In this document: piece by piece, positions 20,103-27,428 of the stretch
Layout of the letters: each line of letters begins with the position of its first letter
Position numbering within the stretch: the first letter of the stretch is position 1
Origin: Candidatus Bathyarchaeota archaeon
Lineage (GTDB): Archaea > Thermoproteota > Bathyarchaeia > Bathyarchaeales > Bathycorpusculaceae
Reading direction: 5' to 3'
NCBI GenBank assembly: GCA_963715865.1
Contig: OY970280.1
Span: 864,001-928,000 of the forward strand
DNA length: 64,000 nucleotides
The notes under the pieces: generated by a model
Databases searched by the model: none
Seen by the model: the letters and a program-made list of their open reading frames with translations, nothing else
Told to the model about the DNA's origin: nothing
Translations under genes and position numbers: made by a program

Positions 20103-21101
20103 TTAAGATGATTCTCTTACAGCAAAGAGAGTTTCCATCTTTTTCTGGTAATCTCTAAAACCGAATCCTGGATAAATCAAAAGAGTTTTTGGTTCAGCGA
20201 CTACGCTTTTTAGATACCCCTCATAGATTTTCTTGTTGTTTTTATCTTCCAAGAAATCCATTATTTGATTTAGCTGTTTTTCTCCAGCTTCACCAAGCTT
20301 CTTTTCTATGTTATCTATCTTCTCATCAAAGTTCTCAGAATCTTCCGAGTAGCGAAGCGGATTAGTTAGCGAGATTTTAATGCTTCTGAATAAGTCTTCA
20401 AGGTCCCAAGGTTGAAATATGCTGTTTTCTGCTTCTTTGAGTTTTTTTAGATGTCGCATAGCTTCGTAATAAACTGCTTGATCCGTTGGTTCACCTTGCT
20501 CTGGAAATTCTTTCTTCAAGCTGAAACGTGCGACAAGGGCAACCTGATTCAATCTTGCTGTTTCCACTTCTTTCTGTTCTTGTCGGCAAACAAGATTATA
20601 GGCTTCCAAAAGTAGCTTTCTGTATCTTAATATGATTTCATGTTCCTTAGGACCGCGCTCTGAAAGAACAAATTTTTCCCATATGTTCATAATTCTTTCT
20701 TCGACTTCAATAAAAGGAGAACCCTTTGAAAAATCGTCATCAATTAGCTTTCTAAGAATTGGTGAATCTGTAACAATCAGCCAACGAAAGTAGTAAGAAA
20801 GCCCTAATTTATTTTTGTCCTTTTCATGCAGCTGTTTGGAGAATTGTTCATTCAAGAATTCAGAAATATCACTGAGGAACATAGACTCTAAGCCTATTGG
20901 CTTTCTCTCAAATTTACGGGTTTCAATATTTCTTTCAATTAAACCTAGACTTTGAAGATGTTTTAGGTAATCGGAAAGGAGCGTAGGTTGATGAGAAAAA
21001 CCAGACAATTCCCCTATCTCTTTATTCCTTTGTGGCCCTTTTTCCAGAGCCTTTAATATTCTTATTTCGCCAGGAGCCAGTTTCCTCTCCTTACTTTTCA
21101 T
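20103..21101 (-). CDS. Winged-HTH domain protein
   Basis: ILKALEKGPQRNKEI..LSDYLKHLQSLGLIER N-terminal wHTH. Confidence 0.75.
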   Translation of the reverse strand: MKSKERKLAPGEIRILKALEKGPQRNKEIGELSGFSHQPTLLSDYLKHLQSLGLIERNIETRKFERKPIGLESMFLSDISEFLNEQFSKQLHEKDKNKLGLSYYFRWLIVTDSPILRKLIDDDFSKGSPFIEVEERIMNIWEKFVLSERGPKEHEIILRYRKLLLEAYNLVCRQEQKEVETARLNQVALVARFSLKKEFPEQGEPTDQAVYYEAMRHLKKLKEAENSIFQPWDLEDLFRSIKISLTNPLRYSEDSENFDEKIDNIEKKLGEAGEKQLNQIMDFLEDKNNKKIYEGYLKSVVAEPKTLLIYPGFGFRDYQKKMETLFAVRESS

Positions 21102-21237
21102 TAACTACACCATAACTATAGAAACTACAGTATAAGTATATTAGTTTTTCTTGGATTTTAACTATGATTAATGAGAAGTAACAAATGCCAAACATTAGAA
21201 AATTAATGAAACTTTATTACGGCAAAGAACCACGCGA

Positions 21238-21768
21238 GTGGTATATACTTCACAGGTTTTTCGGAGGGATTCTTTGACTCAATCGTTTAATGTCATGATT
21301 TGCGCTTCTCAAGAAACGCATCCAGACTTCATTAAATGTGCTGAAGGTGTTTGCAAAAAGAGACGATATAATATGATTTTCTCTCCATACAAATCACAAG
21401 AAAAACTTTTAGAAAAATTCGAAAACAGTTTACCTGACGCCAATATAATTTTAATGGACGTAACACCTCAAGAGCTTAAAGATTCAGAAAATAAAACACA
21501 CTACATTACAAATCAAGGAGTACTGATCGAATTTGGGTATATCATTGCCTTAAGAGACTATTACAAATTTCTTTACATTTTTTGTGATGCAACTAAGCTA
21601 GAAAAAACACACCCATATGTTCGAAACGAAACCATCAACAAATATTCAAAAGACAATCTGAGAGAAAAAATTCTCGGAAAAGTTGACGAACGCCTAAAAA
21701 GAATACCTTGCGAGTACATTACAGATAGAAAACGAATTAAAAACCTAGAAGAAAAAATTCTTAGATAA
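21238..21768 (+). CDS. Nucleoside 2-deoxyribosyltransferase/TIR-like domain protein
   Basis: ANIILMDVT..NQGVLIEFGYIIAL motif. Confidence 0.6.
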   Translation: MVYTSQVFRRDSLTQSFNVMICASQETHPDFIKCAEGVCKKRRYNMIFSPYKSQEKLLEKFENSLPDANIILMDVTPQELKDSENKTHYITNQGVLIEFGYIIALRDYYKFLYIFCDATKLEKTHPYVRNETINKYSKDNLREKILGKVDERLKRIPCEYITDRKRIKNLEEKILR

Positions 21769-21774
21769 AGGAAC

Positions 21775-22001
21775 GAGTTAGACGGCAAAGCGTTAACCTA
21801 CGAATGGACAGACATTCCCTCTATTGGTGCTCATGTTTTTGAACGCTTAGATTGCCCAACCAAAAAATCCTCTTGCTTCTAGAGAGAATATCCAAATTGA
21901 TCACGAGAGAGGGAGAAACTGTTCTTGACCCCTTCTGTGGTTGTGGAACTACAATTATGGCCTTTAAGGGATTGAAGAAACGGTGGATTGGTAAAGACTA
22001 A
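21775..22001 (+). pseudogene. C-terminal remnant of an N6A/N4C DNA methyltransferase
   Basis: EWTDIPSI..ERLDCPTKK, frameshift, then LLERI..GETVLDPFCGCGTT..RWIG*. Confidence 0.8.
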
Positions 22002-22120
22002 CATAATTGGCAATTTCATTTATTCATTCCCGTCTGACCTCTGAGAAAGCACTGATGATCACTATAGCGGCGGGGTCAAATTACAGCATCCAACAAACGT
22101 TGCAAAGCGGGTCATACAAA

Positions 22121-22181
22121 GGATTCGCTTAATGTTATTAGCGGGTCCGATGGGATTTGAACCGTGTTGGGTTCAAGCCGC
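22121..22181. repeat. GGATTCGCTTAA half-site plus tRNA-3'-like site TTGAAC-CGTGTTGG-GTTCAAGCCGC
   Basis: Direct reading; GTTCAAGCC arm is shared with the mini-element flanks. Confidence 0.8.
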
Positions 22182-22231
22182 ATTTATCGGACAACGCTTC
22201 TCCCGAACCAAACCAACATTCTATCTTGAAT

Positions 22232-22276
22232 GCGGACCCAGTGGGATTTGAACCCAAAAGGGTTCAAAACCTTATT
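22232..22276. repeat. tRNA-3'-like site TTGAAC-CCAAAAGG-GTTCAA
   Basis: GCGGACCCAGTGGGATTTGAAC; last 29 bp identical to 3674-3702. Confidence 0.8.
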
Positions 22277-22373
22277 CAAATAAGAAGGGATAATCTTCTC
22301 GTCTCAAATAGGAGCGGGCGGAAAAGAAGACTGACAACTCTGCTAATAAAATGTTAAGAATTATCCTCCAAAA

Positions 22374-22409
22374 GCGGGCCCGCTGGGACTCGAACCCCGC
22401 GGGGCGAAT
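22374..22409. repeat. tRNA-3'-like site, degenerate right arm
   Basis: GCGGGCCCGCTGGGACTCGAAC-CCCGCGGG-GCGAAT. Confidence 0.7.
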
Positions 22410-22482
22410 ATGTACTATCCACCTTTTTCCATGCACAAAAATTTAAACAGAGAGCCGCTTTTCGTGTATTAGAGGAAACTAA

Positions 22483-22722
22483 GTGTCTGGAAAATGGCTT
22501 AATTCTCACACCTATGGCTTAATGGCTCTTCTGTCTGGTATAACAGGCATCTTGTCTATAGCGGTTTCGCGAGCCTATTTGCCTGCTGGTTCATTGTTTG
22601 CGTTGCCTCTTTTAGTTTTAGGTTTATTTCTAGTTGTGGTTTCGGTTGTTTTCTTGTTCTTTTTCTTTACGATGCAGTGGCGTTGGACACATGGTCAACC
22701 ACAGCCACGTCCATTGACCTAA
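22483..22722 (+). CDS. Small 2-TM membrane protein
   Basis: 79 aa, two hydrophobic helices. Confidence 0.6.
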   Translation: MSGKWLNSHTYGLMALLSGITGILSIAVSRAYLPAGSLFALPLLVLGLFLVVVSVVFLFFFFTMQWRWTHGQPQPRPLT

Positions 22723-22759
22723 AAGCTAAATCGTTACGTTGTTACTAATCAGCCTTTTG

Positions 22760-23164
22760 TCACCCTTGCAAAGTTATTGTTTGTCCTGCAACATCATAGG
22801 AAATTACATTATACAAGTAGTTACCCAATAACAGAGTTTGATTAGAACCTAAGTCGTATTGAACAATTGGTTTACTATGTTCAAAAGTCGGAACAACAGG
22901 TGGCAGAAAACTTGCTACAGTTTGATTCATGTAAACTAACGTGTATTGAGAATCGTCTATCTCGTCCCCAACATGATAAGTTGCAGTAACTGGTATTTGC
23001 TTTTGAGAATTTTGAGCATTTTTAATTATCGGCTCTCCATACAGGACAAAGGTGAAAACTATGAGTGTCGTAACGACAATTGCTAGGATGATTTTTTGTT
23101 TATTTTTATCCATTTTTACCACCGATTTTAGCTTTTTCAATCTCCACTCGCTAGATGTTTTCAT
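22760..23164 (-). CDS. Membrane-anchored hypothetical protein
   Basis: N-terminal TM followed by beta-rich domain. Confidence 0.65.
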   Translation of the reverse strand: MKTSSEWRLKKLKSVVKMDKNKQKIILAIVVTTLIVFTFVLYGEPIIKNAQNSQKQIPVTATYHVGDEIDDSQYTLVYMNQTVASFLPPVVPTFEHSKPIVQYDLGSNQTLLLGNYLYNVISYDVAGQTITLQG

Positions 23165-23230
23165 CTTTGAAGAATAGTGTTTGCAAGCGGGATTGCACGG
23201 AAATAGATGGGGTCTGAACTGCTTTTTTCT

Positions 23231-23488
23231 TTACGTACGACGTTTTCGTCGCCGAATTAAAATCATCACTCCGTACATCACTCCTCCAGTGAATAGCGAA
23301 ATAAAGACTCCTTGAAATAGATTATACGCCAGACTCTCACCATCAAAAAAATTAGAGATTAAACCAAACGATAAGAAGAAACCTACCATAATTATAATAA
23401 TTCCCGCGTTTGGAAGCTCTTGAATCTTGAAAAGTCGCTTTAACCTGTCTTCAAATGAGGACAAAGTAGATGCCACTACCTTCAACAC
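23231..23488 (-). CDS. Small 2-TM membrane protein
   Basis: Two TM helices and a basic RRRKRR tail. Confidence 0.6.
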   Translation of the reverse strand: MLKVVASTLSSFEDRLKRLFKIQELPNAGIIIIMVGFFLSFGLISNFFDGESLAYNLFQGVFISLFTGGVMYGVMILIRRRKRRT

Positions 23489-23648
23489 ATTGTGAGAGCA
23501 GCAAGTATTTTACATTTTTCCCTGTCTTTGGGCAGAGCGAGTTTCTTGAATACCGATGGCGGAATACGCCAAGATGTACGTGGTAAGTTATCCCACGAAA
23601 AGCTTTCAAAAGGTTCCAGTCAAACGATAATGAGTAAATGTCTATGCA

Positions 23649-23744
23649 GGTGGCGAACCCGCTGGGATTCGTTTAATTATTTAAGCGAATCCTTTGTCTT
23701 AACCACAAACGAATAGTGGATCGCTGGGATTTGAACCCTAGGAC
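23649..23744. repeat. Two tandem tRNA-3'-like sites; the first carries the GGATTCGTTTAA-TTAT-TTAAGCGAATCC palindrome
   Basis: 23649-23692 and GTGGATCGCTGGGATTTGAACCC at 23716-23738. Confidence 0.78.
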
Positions 23745-23895
23745 AAGTGGAGATATCTCCCGCGCCATCTTCCCTCTTTTTCTTTTGGCTAAAGAAAACT
23801 CGGTTTTTCATAACCATTTCATTTTTGATTCTCGGATAACGTTCGTGCTGGAGTCGCATTTTTTATTATTCATACTTGCAGCTACGCCAGTCTCG

Positions 23896-24108
23896 TTAGG
23901 GGTTTACTCTTCCAACTCTTCTCAACAGTACGTTGGCTATCAAAGCCACAGCCAAATCGGCTAAAATCCAAACTATGAACGTAATAACTCCTAAGAGAGC
24001 CAAAAAAGTGAACAGCAGCAGAAGAGCTATTGCAATTATGCCGATTCTTTTCTTTCTTCGGCGTAATTTATCAGGGGTCAAATTAGTTGCGGCAGGCATA
24101 TCCGTCAC
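23896..24108 (-). CDS. Small membrane protein
   Basis: Basic patch followed by a hydrophobic hairpin. Confidence 0.65.
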   Translation of the reverse strand: MTDMPAATNLTPDKLRRRKKRIGIIAIALLLLFTFLALLGVITFIVWILADLAVALIANVLLRRVGRVNP

Positions 24109-24168
24109 TTTTAACTCAATATCAAAGGTCTTAAAATATTAATCTTCAAGATATTCTAGATAATTGCT

Positions 24169-24438
24169 GTGCAATTACAGAAACTCAGAGAGGTTAGCTG
24201 GTCTAACCCTGATGTCCCGCTCAATGAAGTCAGATTACTTTTTAGTTTCATCAAAGGTTGGGACCGCTTTTTTCAAGGGGATGCTGACCACTTTAAAGAA
24301 ATCTATACAGAAGTTTTTCCTGCAATCGATAAGGTAAGAAAAGAGAAAATTGAAGAAATAATACTCACAGACGAAATGACTGTAGAAATTCGTAGAACCT
24401 TTGATAAAATAGCTAATTGCACAGGATTTGATAGATAG
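24169..24438 (+). CDS. Hypothetical protein
   Basis: 89-aa ORF, plausible composition. Confidence 0.45.
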   Translation: MQLQKLREVSWSNPDVPLNEVRLLFSFIKGWDRFFQGDADHFKEIYTEVFPAIDKVRKEKIEEIILTDEMTVEIRRTFDKIANCTGFDR

Positions 24439-24491
24439 GATCCACAGATGCCTCCAAGATTCTTCATACTCTTGTCCCAAACTTCTTCATA

Positions 24492-24740
24492 ATGTGGGAT
24501 GATCGTATAAAGGAGATGACCGTACAAGGTGGAAACAACGGAGCGGTTTATGCTATCAAGTTTTTGCCAAAAATGCAATTGGAGCTGAGAGAAGCAATTG
24601 AAACTTGCAAGAAAGATAATGGAACAACACGCGAAGAAGCGATTAGATACATCTGCGAGAAGTGCCACGGAAGAACTCTAGCCAAGATAGTTGACGAATA
24701 TAACTATATGAAATATACTAAAGGATATTCTACGCTCTGA
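24492..24740 (+). CDS. Hypothetical protein
   Basis: 82-aa ORF. Confidence 0.45.
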   Translation: MWDDRIKEMTVQGGNNGAVYAIKFLPKMQLELREAIETCKKDNGTTREEAIRYICEKCHGRTLAKIVDEYNYMKYTKGYSTL

Positions 24741-24761
24741 GTGCAGCAAGAGTTGGTTGGA

Positions 24762-25400
24762 TTACATTTTAATTACTTGAAACTTCTCAGGAAGCTTCTC
24801 TCTTAATGCTTTAACAAAACTGTCTTCCTTTGCATAGGCAGCGTATTTCAATTCACCGCTAATTGAGCTGGGGAGAGGAGCTATAATCATACAGTCCAAA
24901 GGCGAGTTTCTGAAGATCGTTTTCTTGATAAGATCTGGAGAAGCAGAGAGTTCAGTGTAATGACATAAAGCCGCCAAAACAGTATCTATAAAAATGACAA
25001 CTATTTTCTTGAAGCCATTGAAGTCAGAATAGTCTTTTGCTGCTGCATGTTCAATTGCTCTGTCCACATCTCCAGTAAAATCTTCTTCGCCTCTTGTCCT
25101 AATTTGTTGAGTTACCTCTTCATTCTCAGCATATTGTATTGAAGTTATCTCGTACACTATTTTGCAATCGGGGATTTGAAAATCAGGTGTTTTCTTTATT
25201 GATGTTGGTATTTTGGTTGATTTGCCAAACTTGCCCATTATTCGCTTTGCTTCGTTTTCGCGAGTACCATCCATTACTTCACCATCAATATATTTTTGGT
25301 ACTTCTTTTTTCTCTCAGAATTAGCGGGTGTTGGGTTGTAGTAAATATCTTCCAAATCGGGCATATCTTTAGGAAGGAAGTTTTTTACCATATCCAGCAC
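24762..25400 (-). CDS. Hypothetical protein, possible PD-(D/E)XK nuclease fold
   Basis: KTPDFQI..VYEITSI pattern. Confidence 0.55.
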   Translation of the reverse strand: MLDMVKNFLPKDMPDLEDIYYNPTPANSERKKKYQKYIDGEVMDGTRENEAKRIMGKFGKSTKIPTSIKKTPDFQIPDCKIVYEITSIQYAENEEVTQQIRTRGEEDFTGDVDRAIEHAAAKDYSDFNGFKKIVVIFIDTVLAALCHYTELSASPDLIKKTIFRNSPLDCMIIAPLPSSISGELKYAAYAKEDSFVKALREKLPEKFQVIKM

Positions 25401-25471
25401 TTACATGCAGTTCCTTTATATGCCTTATCTGCTTGAGCAATTTTTAACATTTTAGCTTTCATTACCAGTTA

Positions 25472-25648
25472 ATGCCAGACTTATCCAGACCTTGTGATGC
25501 TTGCGGTAAGATGATTGGCGGAGGCTTTAAGCACTGCCCAAGATTTCAAATCTACTTCTGCTATACCTGTTGGATTGAGCTAATGTATATTCAAAAGAAG
25601 CTTCCGCTTGAATGCCCTATGTGCGGTGGAAAGCTTATTATTCCTTAA
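25472..25648 (+). CDS. 58-aa zinc-finger protein (not in ORF track)
   Basis: MPDLSRPCDACG..HCP..FCYTC..ECPMCGG. Confidence 0.65.
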   Translation: MPDLSRPCDACGKMIGGGFKHCPRFQIYFCYTCWIELMYIQKKLPLECPMCGGKLIIP

Positions 25649-25734
25649 ACTACGAGCGCGCTTAAGCAACCAGACTCTCAAGCGTCCATACGAAAACTAC
25701 AAAAGACGTAAATCGCCGATTGGAGTAGTGCTCA

Positions 25735-26184
25735 TTGATATGGATGAAAGGCTTAAAATTAATTCCATTCGTATTAATCTCTTTAGTTTTCACCTTCCTC
25801 GCTCTTGGTGTAGCCTACGGGGAAACAACCTCTACTACAGTTCAAAATGTGCCTTCCGTGAATGATGTAACTACTTCAACAACAACGACTTCCACAACAA
25901 CAACTACATCAACAGTGACTACATTCACTGACTCAAATGGGATAGTACATCATGCCTACAATATATCGGTGTCAGAATTAACCCCCACTATGTTAACATC
26001 GGCTACCGTAACTACATCGAGTGGATTTATAGTACCTGCGCGTGATGCAGACTCAGATCCGTCCCAAGGATACGTTTTCGATTACTTGAATTTTGAATAT
26101 GCAGGTATCATGCTAACAGGGATTATTTCTGCATTACTACTGTTAAATGTACCTCATCCAGTTAAAACCTCAAAAGTAAAGTGA
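25735..26184 (+). CDS. Secreted Thr-rich protein with C-terminal TM
   Basis: Signal peptide, poly-Thr tract, TM anchor. Confidence 0.7.
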   Translation: MIWMKGLKLIPFVLISLVFTFLALGVAYGETTSTTVQNVPSVNDVTTSTTTTSTTTTTSTVTTFTDSNGIVHHAYNISVSELTPTMLTSATVTTSSGFIVPARDADSDPSQGYVFDYLNFEYAGIMLTGIISALLLLNVPHPVKTSKVK

Positions 26185-26195
26185 ATCGCGCGCAT

Positions 26196-26800
26196 GCTTG
26201 TTCCGAAATTAGTTGGCGAAGTATCTAATGCTTCTCGTTTTGCCAATTTTGTTTGTGTTAACGGCGGCTTGAGCCGTAATCAGCATGATTAGAATGCAAA
26301 GTTGAGAATGAAACGTTAAATTGGTCAAACCTCGCAGATTGTGTTCTTTTAAGCCTGCTAGGTTCTTGAGTCTGCTGAAAACCCGCTCTACAGCCACCCG
26401 TTTCTTGTATGCTGATTTGAATTTTCGTGGTCCGTGACTCCTAAACTTCCGATCAACTCTCAATATGCCTTTAACGCCTTTACTCTGATTCCTCGGATAA
26501 GGAATAACCGGCAACGCTCCACACTCCAATGCTGTTTCCCTCAGATTTGCTGCGCTGTACTGTGAGTCAGCCAAGAGCTTCCTTGGTTTTACGTATTCTG
26601 ATGCTTTCGCAAACAGGCTTATGGAATGTTTCTTCTCGTTCTCGTTTGCCGAAACCACAATCATCGCAATCGGCAGCTCACTTTTGACGTCAACAGCCAA
26701 ATGAAGCCTGTAACCTAAGTCTTTGGATTTGACTGCTCTTCCAATCCTTGATTCAGGATCGCTATAGCCTGTGCGGTCAAGGTTTCGCCTTTTATCTCGG
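26196..26800 (-). mobile_element. Truncated IS (DDE transposase, IS4/IS5/IS1182-like), C-terminal part
   Basis: YSDPESRIG..LGYRLHLAVD, LLADSQY, KKRVAVERVFSRLK; possible terminal repeat GCTTGTTCCGAAA at 26196. Confidence 0.85.
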
Positions 26801-26975
26801 CTTTCTCAAAATCACGTAAAAGGTACATTTCAGGGTCTTGCCTCTCCATGATGTTAAGGCGCGGGTTATGTGTCTCTTGTTGGATGATTAGGCGATGAGT
26901 GGTTAACCAGCCTACACCATTTGCCAGCTTGAAGGATAAGATTGTTTTTTCGCCTGGGAAGCCGTCAAATTTCAT
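26715..26975 (-). pseudogene. Hypothetical gene truncated by the transposase fragment
   Basis: Its last ~25 codons are transposase DNA read out of frame. Confidence 0.55.
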
Positions 26976-27428
26976 AATGCTCTTTTAGTGGCTTACCACT
27001 ATTTTGATTTTTCCCATTTTTATCGACTATCTCTTAACAATCCGTAGGAAAGCATTGCTTTCAAGCGTTTAGCGAAAAGTATTTTGGTTCAATTCCAGGG
27101 CGTAACAGTAAGGGCAGAAAGTGTATAGTCAATCAGGACTAACCGCCAAAGTCGGCTTACTATACTAAGAAAAAAGCCATAGCGCCAAAACATCAAGCAA
27201 TACCTCTTTCTTTTTTAATTTATCTCGAAGGCAAAGTGTTTGTTCGTTTCTTGTCGTAATCACCATCTTTCCGCAAGTTTTATATTTGTCGTCACCATTC
27301 AATTTTCAATATTTTCACTATTTCCAAGGTTTTATAAGTAAGTTGGAGACAGAGAGGGCTCTATTGGGCGAGAGCATTTACGCTTCTTGCTCGATAAAAA
27401 ATAAAATTATAGGAAAGGAAAAACACAA

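Noticed and set aside
22157-22357. 66-aa ORF, also 3655-3921 and 23716-23964
   Set aside because: These begin inside tRNA-like repeat sites and look like translation of repeat DNA or antisense shadows
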